Shown one piece after another: positions 18,169 through 29,200 of a stretch of 64,000 nucleotides of DNA. A model generated the notes under the pieces. It did not search any database. It saw only the letters and a list, made by a program, of their open reading frames with translations, and had not been told where the DNA came from. This DNA is from Candidatus Omnitrophota bacterium (GTDB taxonomy: Bacteria > Omnitrophota > Gorgyraeia > Zapsychrales > Zapsychraceae): assembly GCA_050250375.1 (NCBI GenBank), contig JBFWOS010000002.1, forward strand, positions 773,149 through 837,148. Direction: 5' to 3'. Position 1 is the stretch's first letter, and the number at the start of each line of letters is the position of its first letter. A program made the translations under genes and the position numbers.

Positions 18169-19923
18169 TTACACATTTATTTTCGATAAATGGTATAACC
18201 CGACAAAAAAATTCCGCGCATTGGTTCCCAGCGTCTTGGTCCGGTAACCGCCTTCCTGCACGATCAGGGTGGGCAGATTGCTGCCGGCGATCATTGACCC
18301 GAGTTTTTTAAAATCATCTTTGCGCAGGGCCCAGGTCCCGGTCGGGTCATCCTTGGCGGTGTCCAGGCCGAGGGCAACGATCAGGTAGGTGGGGTCGTAT
18401 TTTTTGATCAAGGTTAAGGCTTTGCCCAGATGAATAAAATATTGTTCCGGGGTCAGGGCCTCGGGCAACGGGATATTTACATTAAATCCTTTCCCCTCGC
18501 CTTCCCCCTGTTCATCGGCAAAACCGGTAAAATACGGATACGAATATTTCGGATCGCCGTGAAGTGAAACGGTAAACACATCCTTTCGGGTATAAAAGAT
18601 ATCCTGCTGGCTGTTGCCGTGATGATAATCCACATCCAGGATGGCCACTTTGCCGTATTCACTCAGCTTATGAGCCGCCAGGGCGGAATTGGCGAAATAA
18701 CAAAATCCGCCGAAACTATTACGTTCCGCGTGATGGCCGGGCGGCCGCACGAGCGCGTAGGCAAACCGTTTCCCGCCGAGAATTTCTTCGGCGGCCGAGA
18801 GCACACAATTGACCCCTGAGCGCGCGGCCAGGTACGCGTTGGTATTTAATGGCGTAAACGTGTCGATGCAATAATATCCGGCGCGGACCGGCATCTCAAC
18901 CGGTTTACGGGATTTGTTGCGGATCGGGAAAATATAAGGGTAAATGGATTTATTGTTCGGGATGGATTCGCAGGCCTTTTTCAGGAACGCGAGGTAATCT
19001 TTATCATGGACCGTCTGGAGCACTTTATCCGGATAAACGAGGGATGATTTTTTGACCATAAAGTCCAGTTTTTCCAGTTCCCGGATAATTACTTTCAGCC
19101 GGACCGGGCTTTCCACATATCCGCGGTCATGGATGTGATGGATTTCGTGGCCTTCATTGGCAATATAGATGATTTTTTCTTTCGGCGTCAGGGATTCATT
19201 AATCTCAGGGGCCACCTTTTTTTGATACTTGGCCGGACGCAGATAAATATTGGCTCCGTCAAAGGATCGCAAAATCGTCCGGATATATTCTTCCGAACAC
19301 AAAAAGGAATAATTCCGCCCGAGGATGGCCCGCACCGCCGCCTTGAAAAAAGCGGTATCCGGGAATTCATTCCCTAATAAATCCAGCATCAGATACGGCG
19401 GATTGTTTCCGCCCTTTTTTAATGGTGTCTCGTAGGCCGACCCCAGGACCGGGTACACGCCGAATTTTTCATAAAAGGCCAGCGTCCGCGCGTGTTTTTT
19501 CTGGTCTTCCTTTTTGGGGGCCAGGGCGGGATCATCCGGCAGGCATTCAAAAAGCAAAGCCTTCACATCGAGGCGTTTGGCCTCTTCGCGGATCCGTTCA
19601 TACAAAGCGCCGCCGACGCCACGGTTTGTCTGGGCCACCCCGGCGGCCATAAAATCCAGAAAACAAAAATTAACATCCGGGATGTACAACAGTAAGGCAA
19701 ACCCCAGGATCGCCCCCTGTCCTCTTTCCGCGATAAAAAGCCTGGTCTGGTACTGATATTTTAAAGGGTTATCAATTTTGTCCGGGAGGATCTGCAATTC
19801 TTTTTCATTCAAAAATGAAAATTGCGACCGCATGATCGTCTGTACTTGAGCGATCAAATTCTTGTTGGCGGTGGTCGATGTATCCAGAATACGGCGGATG
19901 TGGAACATAACTGAGGACCTCAA
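18169..19923 (-). CDS. Fusion of an N-terminal GNAT acetyltransferase domain with a C-terminal histone-deacetylase-superfamily (AcuC/APAH-like) domain
   Basis: The N-terminal half carries GNAT motif A (AQTNRGVGGALYERIREEAKRLDV). The C-terminal half has HDAC hallmarks: RPPGHHAERN, ILDVDYHHGNSQQDIFY, VSLHGDP and EGGY. It is one continuous 584-aa ORF. Confidence 0.75.
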   Translation of the reverse strand: MRSSVMFHIRRILDTSTTANKNLIAQVQTIMRSQFSFLNEKELQILPDKIDNPLKYQYQTRLFIAERGQGAILGFALLLYIPDVNFCFLDFMAAGVAQTNRGVGGALYERIREEAKRLDVKALLFECLPDDPALAPKKEDQKKHARTLAFYEKFGVYPVLGSAYETPLKKGGNNPPYLMLDLLGNEFPDTAFFKAAVRAILGRNYSFLCSEEYIRTILRSFDGANIYLRPAKYQKKVAPEINESLTPKEKIIYIANEGHEIHHIHDRGYVESPVRLKVIIRELEKLDFMVKKSSLVYPDKVLQTVHDKDYLAFLKKACESIPNNKSIYPYIFPIRNKSRKPVEMPVRAGYYCIDTFTPLNTNAYLAARSGVNCVLSAAEEILGGKRFAYALVRPPGHHAERNSFGGFCYFANSALAAHKLSEYGKVAILDVDYHHGNSQQDIFYTRKDVFTVSLHGDPKYSYPYFTGFADEQGEGEGKGFNVNIPLPEALTPEQYFIHLGKALTLIKKYDPTYLIVALGLDTAKDDPTGTWALRKDDFKKLGSMIAGSNLPTLIVQEGGYRTKTLGTNARNFFVGLYHLSKINV

Positions 19924-19930
19924 AATGTTT

Positions 19931-19965
19931 AAGCAGAGACCAGATGCCGATCCTGGTCTCTGCTT
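19931..19965 (-). terminator. 13-bp perfect stem-loop (AAGCAGAGACCAG-N9-CTGGTCTCTGCTT), a candidate terminator after the DUF1579-like gene
   Basis: Read directly. The RNA-level hairpin sits between the end of the DUF1579-like gene (19986) and the start of the GNAT-HDAC gene (19923). On the minus strand it is followed by AAACAUUUUGAGG, a weak U tract. Confidence 0.4.
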
Positions 19966-19985
19966 TTAGTAAACCTTACCCGCGT

Positions 19986-20612
19986 TTATTCAGCACGGGT
20001 ATAAGTAATCTTCATCGATTTGAATTCGTTACCGGCCGGGTCTTTCATATAAGTCTCGTAGGTATAATGGTCTGCATCGGTAAAGGTCGTCACTGCCCTG
20101 TATGAACGATGGGTTTCGTCAGTAATCGGACAAGACATGCTGCCTTCTTCGTTAAAGACTTTTGTAACAGAGTCATATTGGGACGCGCTGACCATAATAC
20201 CCGTGGCAAAATTGTCAAACCATATCCCGGTATATTCTTTACGGAGATTATCGTACCCGTAAATCCCGCGTCCTTCAAACGGCTGGCCCATCATGTCGCC
20301 GCTGAATCTTTGTTCAAGGAAGCGTCCGCCCATGATGAGCGTCCCTTCGCTGGTACCGTCGGATTCCATGGGTTCACCGGCAGGATCCATCCAATACTGG
20401 ACATGCGTATTCCATGTGCCGGTCAGGGCTTTTAAGACATCATGGTTTTCGTTAACCATCGTATATTCCGTCATCTTTTTCTGCATGGCCATTTCTTCTT
20501 CGGACATTTCTCCTCCGGCGGCCATCGGGTCCATATCTTCAGCAAATCCGGGCGCGGCACTAATCGAGATGATCAGGCTGAGGACAAACATTCTGAAAAA
20601 CACTGCGTTCAT
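19986..20612 (-). CDS. Secreted DUF1579-like protein
   Basis: It has a signal peptide and an acidic Met-rich linker. GTWNTHVQYWMDP...GRGIYGYDNLRKEYTGIWFDN resembles DUF1579 family proteins. The assignment is tentative. Confidence 0.45.
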   Translation of the reverse strand: MNAVFFRMFVLSLIISISAAPGFAEDMDPMAAGGEMSEEEMAMQKKMTEYTMVNENHDVLKALTGTWNTHVQYWMDPAGEPMESDGTSEGTLIMGGRFLEQRFSGDMMGQPFEGRGIYGYDNLRKEYTGIWFDNFATGIMVSASQYDSVTKVFNEEGSMSCPITDETHRSYRAVTTFTDADHYTYETYMKDPAGNEFKSMKITYTRAE

Positions 20613-20680
20613 TTCTTACTCCTTTTATTGATTGGTTGATTGGTAACAGATGGAACGAAGATGTGTCCTGACGTTCCTTC

Positions 20681-21184
20681 TTAACCCTTTTTTTGTTCTT
20701 CACACCACGTGACAACGGTTTCCCGGACGGACTTGAAGTGGTCGCCCGAAAAATAAATTCCCCAGGTGGAATGGACAAAATGATCATGGTCGGATTTGTC
20801 AATAAAGCAGGTCCCCATCATTGAATTGAGGGAAAAACCCGCTTCGGCAACGGCCTTGCCGCCGTCATCCTTGAGGATCTGGAACAGCGTGTGTTCACAC
20901 AGCACAACAAAACAGATCTCGAGTTCTTTCCACAAAAAGGCGCTGCCGTATTTGTTGAGCAGATTATTGCGGACCTTGCCGAAAAAAGATTTCGCGAAAA
21001 AGTTGTCTTTCACACCGACCGGGACATTTAAGACCGCGCATAAATTGCGCACCCGGAGCGGGTGAGGGTTTTTGACATACGCAATATAGAGAACATCCTG
21101 AAGGATATTTTCATCGGACACCACATATTTGTATTGGTCAAGACAGGTTGTCAGCCGTTCCGTGAGTGTGGAGAAATCAGACAT
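20681..21184 (-). CDS. Hypothetical cytoplasmic protein
   Basis: 167-aa ORF with no recognisable domain. Confidence 0.4.
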   Translation of the reverse strand: MSDFSTLTERLTTCLDQYKYVVSDENILQDVLYIAYVKNPHPLRVRNLCAVLNVPVGVKDNFFAKSFFGKVRNNLLNKYGSAFLWKELEICFVVLCEHTLFQILKDDGGKAVAEAGFSLNSMMGTCFIDKSDHDHFVHSTWGIYFSGDHFKSVRETVVTWCEEQKKG

Positions 21185-21304
21185 TCGTAACCAGGCCGCC
21201 TTCCGGACCGCGCGGGCATGTCCCGTATTTTTTGTAACCGGTTAAAACTATTTTATTTACCAGAAACTTTGTCATTTGGTCCTTCGTCAATCCTTTTGCG
21301 TCCG

Positions 21305-21328
21305 AAAACACCACGCGCGTGGTGTTTT
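21305..21328. terminator. Perfect 24-bp palindrome AAAACACCACGCGCGTGGTGTTTT, a candidate bidirectional intrinsic terminator
   Basis: Read directly. The GC-rich stem is flanked by A4/T4 on both sides, so either strand forms a hairpin plus a U run. It lies ~100 bp downstream of the STAS-channel gene stop (21426). Confidence 0.55.
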
Positions 21329-21425
21329 CAAATAGATAACATTCTTTATACACTCAAATGGGCAGAAAATCAAAGGATATTCGCTGTATCAACAGCCCTT
21401 TTGCGCGGATGAACCCGGGTATTTG

Positions 21426-23129
21426 TTACGAAGCCGTGACCTCGGGTACAGCCGGTATCTTTTTTTTCCAGTGAAAAATATCCCGGATAAAAATAACGGC
21501 GACCGCCACCAGGAGCAGTGCGATGCTCTTGTCCGCGACCTCCACCGCCATCTTTTCCGCGATCGAGGCGACGTCTGTGTTTCCGGTCAGGTTGACAAAA
21601 AAATGATAGACCTTCATGGTTCCCTGATAAATGGGCAAACCCGCCATAAAGGTGATAAAAGCGACCACAATGGAATTAAGGGTTCCGGACACAAACCCGG
21701 CCCACAAAAGTTTAAGCGGTTTGTGAAGGTCGATGAACCCCCATCTTAAAAAAAGCCAGGTCATGACGGCGATAAAAATGCTGCAGAACATCCACACCCA
21801 GTACGACGGTTCCCAAAATGTCCAGGACATAATCAGATTGTAAATGATGCCGGTCAGGATCCCGGCCCGCAAACCTCCAAGCACAACGGCCAGCGAGGTC
21901 CCCAAGGTATCCATAAAAAACGGCCAGCCCAGGACCGTCATCAGGACCGAACCAGAATAGTTCAGCATGGACATGGCAATGATCAGCAACCCCGTCCTCT
22001 GCCGGAAATAATTTTCCGCCAGTTCCTGGGCCCAGAATTCCGTTTTTAATTTCGGCGGTTCCATGTTATCGAACAGCCCTCCGTCATCCGGGGTGTTGGC
22101 GCTCACCAGTTTGCCGATGAGGGCGGATACATACATAACTCCGATGATCACCTGCACGATGACAATCGCGCGCGACAAAGATGACACTGCGGTAAAACCG
22201 CTGAACCCGGTGGAACTCATGGAAACAAAACTGAAATAAAAAAATGCAGTCATTTTCGGTGACGTCTCGCCTTCCGGCATGGAGATTGATCCGGGCGCGA
22301 ACGCCTCGAGCAGCGCGTAGATCACGCCGAACGTCATCCCGATCATTATATAGACGCTGATGGCGCCGAACAGTTCATTGATCTTGACCTTTTTGACGGC
22401 CAGGACATGCATAAGGATCATGGATAACGTGTAAATAAGAAATATAACCAGAAAGACCATCTCCGCCACCATGATCTGCTGGTCCTGGATAAACATGTTG
22501 CTCCAGGCCGTGACCAAAGTCGGGATCACCAGGAGCACCCCTCCGGCCACGTGCCGGATGTTATAACTGACGGCGTAGATCCCGGACAGCAGGACAAACG
22601 AAAAAAACAGGAGATAAATGACGGCCGTCGAATTGGCCTCGAAGAAAGGAAGAGCGACAATAAAGACGATCAAGGCTGTCAGTAAAGACAGGCATTTATT
22701 GTTCTTAAGCGTTTCGGCCATCCGTGGAAAATAGGCGGACTTAACTTCTTTCTGGTCAAAGGCGGTCACCGCCTCCTGTTCGGAACCAAAGACTTTCAAT
22801 TTTTCCTGTTCATGAAAGATATCAAAGTAAGCTTTCAAACTTTCCGGCGGATTGATCAGGCCGATCTTCTGGTCTTTCTGCTGCATTTCCATCAGTAGGA
22901 CGGCGACTGTTGAACTGTCAATTTCCCGCACGTTTTTCCCATCCAGGATGAGATGTTTTTTCGGCAGTCCGGCCTTTTGCATTTTTTCCCTGAATTCCAG
23001 GATTTGAGGAAGGGTCGCATGGTTGATATCCCCCCGGAATTTCAGGATCCGGGCGTAATCCAGTTCAATCCATCCGTCCAGATGGGACGGGTAAGGAATA
23101 TTGTGGTATTTAAGAAAATCGTGGATCAT
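21426..23129 (-). CDS. Three-part membrane protein: N-terminal STAS domain, an ion-channel pore domain (Ion_trans_2-like, filter STGFSG), and a C-terminal ECF-S-component-like membrane domain
   Basis: aa 1-125 read LILDGKNVREIDSSTVAVLLMEMQQKDQKIGLINPPESLKAYF (STAS/SpoIIAA-like). aa ~130-340 form TM-pore-TM, with AFFYFSFVSMSSTGFSGF resembling the K-channel signature (TVGYG → TGFSG). aa ~340-567 are 5-6 TM, with DTLGTSLAVVLGGLRAGILTG resembling the ECF S-component motif (TLQTxAVLLAGxLLG). Confidence 0.65.
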   Translation of the reverse strand: MIHDFLKYHNIPYPSHLDGWIELDYARILKFRGDINHATLPQILEFREKMQKAGLPKKHLILDGKNVREIDSSTVAVLLMEMQQKDQKIGLINPPESLKAYFDIFHEQEKLKVFGSEQEAVTAFDQKEVKSAYFPRMAETLKNNKCLSLLTALIVFIVALPFFEANSTAVIYLLFFSFVLLSGIYAVSYNIRHVAGGVLLVIPTLVTAWSNMFIQDQQIMVAEMVFLVIFLIYTLSMILMHVLAVKKVKINELFGAISVYIMIGMTFGVIYALLEAFAPGSISMPEGETSPKMTAFFYFSFVSMSSTGFSGFTAVSSLSRAIVIVQVIIGVMYVSALIGKLVSANTPDDGGLFDNMEPPKLKTEFWAQELAENYFRQRTGLLIIAMSMLNYSGSVLMTVLGWPFFMDTLGTSLAVVLGGLRAGILTGIIYNLIMSWTFWEPSYWVWMFCSIFIAVMTWLFLRWGFIDLHKPLKLLWAGFVSGTLNSIVVAFITFMAGLPIYQGTMKVYHFFVNLTGNTDVASIAEKMAVEVADKSIALLLVAVAVIFIRDIFHWKKKIPAVPEVTAS

Positions 23130-23276
23130 AGGGTTTAAAACAACCGCATCCCAGGAATGCGTAAGTTATTTTAACAAGATTAATTAGGAATTATACTCTT
23201 ACGCGGGATGAAAAGCAATCATTAGACAACGTGCTGCTGTTGTGTGCGAAAAATAAAAAACTCCTGATTTAGCCGG

Positions 23277-26200
23277 TTAATCAACAATCATGACGGCACC
23301 CATAAGAGGTCCGAAGACCCAGTGCGGCGGGGCTTCCTCGGAGTCGGTGTTACCGGAATTAATCGAAGAAAAAGATTTGATATTATTGCTGGAGGTCTGC
23401 GAGTCCTGGACATCCAGGAAATAAGTTGATTGTATCCCGGAGACAACGTCAAACGTAAACCGGGTCCCGGCCATCGATGACCTTAAATACAACGGAATGA
23501 CATCGCTGAACCCTTGAAGATTCAGAGTGTTGTTTATTGTGACGGTTGAACTCTTTCCAAACGACAATGTTCTGGAAGGTCCCGATGAAAGTTGTTTGGA
23601 GAAATCATAAAATGTTTCTGAAGAATTCACGTTTTGGTCTGCACCATCCATCACTACATTTCCCGAATGCGGATCAAAGATCCCCCCATTATTATTCCAG
23701 TCCCCGGATACAGTGATCGGCTCGTTTGCGCCCGTATCCAGTTCCCCCGCGTTTAGAAATAATGTGCCGTTAATATCTAAAGCATCCTGGATTGTGTAAA
23801 TTGCCAGTGCCGTGGAGGGTTGTTCACCGTTCGCCAGGCGCTGGATTTCAGGAACACTGAGCACACGATTGTAAATCCGGAAATCATCAATCAAGCCGTC
23901 CCAGCCGGCTGCCGCATCTTTGCCCCCCTGTCCGATCCGTAGTTCAGTCGCCCCGGTCATTGTCCCGGACAAAGCCGCATCAGAATAAGTCGGCGTATCA
24001 AGATTTCCGTCTATATACAGCCGGATCGGGTTCCCGCTGCTCCAGGTCAAAGCCAGATGCTGCCAGTTGGTCGTCTGGACAAAACTGGCGCTTTCGTATT
24101 GGCGATTGACGCCGCTGACCTGTAAACCGCATTTAATGACATTTGTTCCGCCGCCGCTTGCGCCGGATAAATCATAACGAAGTGTAAAAATATTGTCTCC
24201 CCCGTTGGGTGGTTCACCGTTGAAGAACCCGTCGTCCACTCCGGTCGCGTCTGCTTTTACCCACAATGATACGGTAAATTCTGACAAACCATTGATATAA
24301 TTTTCTGCGTCGCTATCAATAATGTAATCCGTGGTCCCGTCAAATTGAAGGCTGGCCGGGTTATCAAAGTGGATCATCGCAGATGTCCCTGTATTGGGCG
24401 TTGTATTATTGACATAAATCATATCCCTTTGGAATCCGCTGCTGCCGTAAGCGGTCGTCCCGGTTGTTTCATCCATTTTCCAGTACGCGATCAGGCCGTC
24501 GTTGATGATCAGATGATGGAATGAACTCGTCCCCGATGTAATTGTCTGCGGATTCGTGGAAATAAATAAGACCGTCGAATCGGCGTTGGTAAATGTACCG
24601 CCGGTCATATCCCAGGAACCATCGACGATGATGGTTGAATTGCCGGCCGTCCCGGCGGTCGCATCCAGTGTGGAATCCAAATCAACGAGTCCGTTGATGG
24701 TCAAGTCATATCCATCGGTCTGAAATACACCGGCTAAAACCTCGAAATCACTGCCGAGGATCTCATCAGCCCCCATCATAAATGTTCCCCCCAAACCGTT
24801 AATGCGCAAGAACTGATACGTCCAGTCCTGAATGACGTGTGTGCCGGATGTCGCGGTATACTCGGCTCCGGAACCCGGATTAAAGACAGGTCCCGAATCC
24901 AGGGTAATGGTCTGGCTCCCGGCCAGCTGCAGAAGACCGTCCACCGTGATCGTTGACCCGGCATTGGTGGTAAAATCATACACGCCCCAGTCAAAGGTCG
25001 CCCCCGCGTCGATCGTGATCGTCCCATCGACAACCAGTCCGCTGGCCAGGATCACTTCGGCGGATGTATTGGAAATCTGTAAATCCCCGATCGATCCTCC
25101 GCCGGAGGTCAGCGTTTGGGTGACCGTGCCATCGGCGATCAGGAGAATGTCGTCTTCAATACTGCCGGCCCCGGATTTGTTGATGTCTCCGGAAACCGTG
25201 ATGGTGTGAATCTCGGTCCCGTCGGCCAGAAGATCGCTCCCTGAAGCATTACTCATGGACAGGTCCTGCTGGACGAGCAGGTCATCACTGACATGGATGT
25301 CATTGGCCGAAGTGCCGGCAAACCCTAAATTATAAAAGGTTGTCGGTCCGGTTATTGTAACCGGGTTGGCGGTGCTGTTAAACGTAACCGTCCCGTTGCG
25401 CGCGATAAATGTGTCTGCGTTGATCCAATTCCCGAATATAAAAGATGAATAATTATTCGTCGCATGGGAATCGAGCGTGCCATCCAGTAACGAAAGCGTC
25501 CCTCCTACGGTAAAGGTCCCGCCCAGTTCAATTGTATAATCCGCCCCGCCGTCCGCGTCATCAATCACAACATTATAAAAGGTGGACGATCCTAACGCGA
25601 CGGTCACTGTACCGGCTGTCCCGTCAAACGTAACGGTCGAAGTGCCGGGATCAAATGTCCCCAAACTGCTGGCGATCCAGTCACCGCTTACTGTCATGAG
25701 AACCTGGTTAGTTCCCGCATCCAACTCACCATCCGAAATATTAATGTTTCCGTTTATATCCTGGTCATATTGAAGAATAACATTGTCACTGCCCGGAACA
25801 CCGGTATTAAAAACAGCAAAGTTTTCAAACGGCTGGTTCAGATTATCGACCATCTGGTCTGAAGTTCCGTTAAAGGTTACGGTACTGCCGGTTTCATTAA
25901 ATGTACCGCTGCTTGAATTCCAATCCCCGGAAACAGTCATCGTTCCGGTCAATGTTAAGGTTCCGCCCAGATTAAAATGGTGGGTGACAATTCCTTCCGG
26001 AGAAACGGTAATGACGGAATTATTAGGAAGAATATTAAGCTCTTCATCGGTATAAGAACCGTCGGCATCGGCGATTAAGACGGTCCCGGACGTCACAAGA
26101 TACATAACGTCTTCGTCATCCGTGTTGTCATAGTGACCGATTTCAGTCAGAGTGAACGTCTGGTTGTCATCACTGCCGATGGTCAGGACATGCCGGTCAA

Positions 26201-29200
26201 GCACGACACCGCTGATATTCCCGGAGCCGTCATATTTGGTGACGCCTGAAGATTCATCGGCGGCAATGATATCTCCGTCTCCGTCTTCGGCCCACATGGT
26301 CAGACGATCACCGATTAAAATCGGAGCGTTATTAATCGTCCAGGCTCCGCTGGAAACGACGCCGGTCATGCCGACACATAAATTACCGTTGACCGCCAGA
26401 GCCACGATGGTGTTGTCGACCAGGTCAGACGTGCCCGATATATCAACCGTGGCGGCAGTATAACTGATGACCAGACGGCCGTTATTCCCGGCTGTCCCGG
26501 CGCCTGATGTAGCGCCGCCGGTTCCCCCTTGCCCCGCATTGCCGGCGTAATCCGTGTCGGTGTTATTCCCGGCGGCAGTACCGCTGCCGTCGGAGGTCGA
26601 GGTGGCCGTTCCGGAGACAAAAGATGAACCCCCTCCACCACCGCCGCCGCCGGCATTGCCCGCCTGCGACCCGCTGCCTCCGCCTCCACCGTAATAGCCG
26701 GACCCTCCTCCTCCTCCCGCACCGTAACCGCTGGCGTTGGCATCACCGGTCCCGCCGTCTCCGCCGTTGGTGGTCCCGCCGTTTCCGGCGGAACCGTCAG
26801 CGCCTTGTCCGGAACGTCCGTCCGCTCCTGCGCCGCCTGTATCCGCCGCGCCGGCTGAACCGCTGTTATTGCCGCCTGTTCCTCCGCTGCCTCCGGAGGA
26901 TTGGTCTGCTCCGCCGCCCCCTCCGGCATTGCCTGACGCGCTGCCGTTGACACCTGTTGTTCCGCCACCCGGACCGCCGGCTCCACCCGGGGTGGCTGAC
27001 GAATTGTCACCACCACCACCACCTCCTCCTCCAGCGGAGATAAGTAAAGGTGTGGATGCGCGAAAGACCGCTGTCCGCCCCCCTCCACCCGCGCCGTCCC
27101 CCGAAGCGTTTCCTGAACCGCCGGAACTGAATGCTCCTGCCCCGCCGGAGCCGCCGACATGGATATCTAATGTTTCCATGGGAGTAACCGCCAGGGTTGC
27201 CGTCGCAAAGGCCGCTCCGCTTCCGTCTCCACCGGTACCTACCGTCCCTCCACCCCCGCCGCCTCCGCCTCCGCCCCAGGCTTTAACGGTGATCTCCGTG
27301 ACACCTTTGGGCACCACAAACGTATCCGATCCGGCGACCGTAAAAACTTGTGTTCCAAAACCATCCGGTAGTGGAAAAATCCAGAATGGAGAAGCCGTTA
27401 AATCGTCATTTCCTCCGTCATTCACGGAGTTTCTTGCCGTGATGTCATTGTTCAAGGCGTTGGAGTTGGCCACTTTGACAAATTCAACAATCTGGTCCCC
27501 GCCCGTTACACTCAAGCTGAACTGTGTTGACCCGTCGATGCTGTCAAGTTCGACTTCATTATTGATTTCACCGACCAGATTCAGGCTTCCCGTTACGGTA
27601 AAGGTGGTCGATTGTTGAAACTCCATTTTGGCTGAAAGGGTGGTACTGACCAGGTCCGCCGTTGTGAACGATTCGGTAAATTGCACCCCGAACGCGGATG
27701 AATTCGTTACTTCGATAATATTATATGTTTCTGAATTGCTGGCGACCGTTTGTAATCCTGTCCCGTCAAATTCAACCGTTGAGCTGGTTACCGTAAACGT
27801 ATCAAGGTTGGCCAGGTCAAGATCACCCCCCAGAAAAACAGTGTCGTTACTGATGTTGAACGTCGTGGCCCCGCCGTTATTGACCGTAAGACTTCCGTTG
27901 ATATCCAGATCGTCCGCTGTGCTGAGAACTCCGCCGGTAACGGACGATCCGATTTGGATATTGTTAAACGCTCCGCCTGAACTGGTCAGCGATGATGTTC
28001 CGTCAAACACAACGGTCGAATTCGTATTGATAAAATTCCCCCCGGTCATATCCCAATCCCCGGACACATTAAGGGTGGAATTCCCATCGGCGCCGCTCTG
28101 CGCGTCCAATGTTCCGTTCAAGGTCAACCCGCCGTTGATGTCAACTTCATATCCGCCTGTGATTAGATTGTCACCTGTATCAATCGTCAAGGTGTTGCTT
28201 AAGAAGTCCGAGGACAAGTTTACGGCGTTATTGGGGGAACGGCTGATCAGAACATTCCCCAAATTTGTCCCGCCGTCCACGTTTAAATCCAGAATCCCGT
28301 CCAGCAGTACCGTTCCGGCGCCGGCTGTGAATGTACCGCCGGTCTTGATGATATTGCCGGCGATATTAATATCGGTGTTATTGGCGCCCAGATTGATCGT
28401 TCCGTCGTTCATGTTTAACGGCCCGTCAATGTCGATCAGGATTGAGGAGTTGGGGGTAATCGTTCCGGTGTATCCGGATTCGATCAGGATACCTCCGACA
28501 TTAAACGCGGCGTTGACAGTCGCGTTATTTGTACAGCTGTTGGAAAAAACGACATTATGGGTTGTATTCGGGACAGAGGCCCCACCGCCGACACCGCAGG
28601 AATTTTCAGAAGCCGACCAGTTGGCCGCAGAATTTGTATTCCCTCCGGCCGAACCGACCCAATACCGGTTGACGGCAAAGATCCAATGCGGTGAGGCTTC
28701 GGCGTTATCGTTCCCGCCGTTATTGTTCGAAGACAAGGCCGTAATATCGTTTGAAGAAGCTTGTGAATCCATGATATTTAAAAAACTGACCGTTTGGCTG
28801 GATCCGGTCACATCAAACGTGAACCTTACTCCAGAAGAATTGCTTTGAAGGACCAGACGGTCATCGTCATCCAGCCCCGTCAGATTTAAAGTATTGGTGA
28901 TGGTCTGGGTTGAGGAGGCGGCAATGGTCAGAGTGGTGTTTGAACTGTTGTCGGTGGATTCAATCTTGGTCAGATTGCGGAAGGTAGTTGATCCCGTAAT
29001 ACTCTGGTTATCGCCATCGAGGATGACCGTTGATACGCCGGATCCCGCAGCCAGGGAACCCGAAGCGCCCATCAGCCAGTTTCCCGCGAGATTTATGTTG
29101 ACGTTATTGGTTCCCGAATCAAGATTACCGTCTGTAATCGTCAGCGTTCCGTTGATGTCCAGGGCATCAGACAAAATAATGTCATCATTTCCGGATGACC

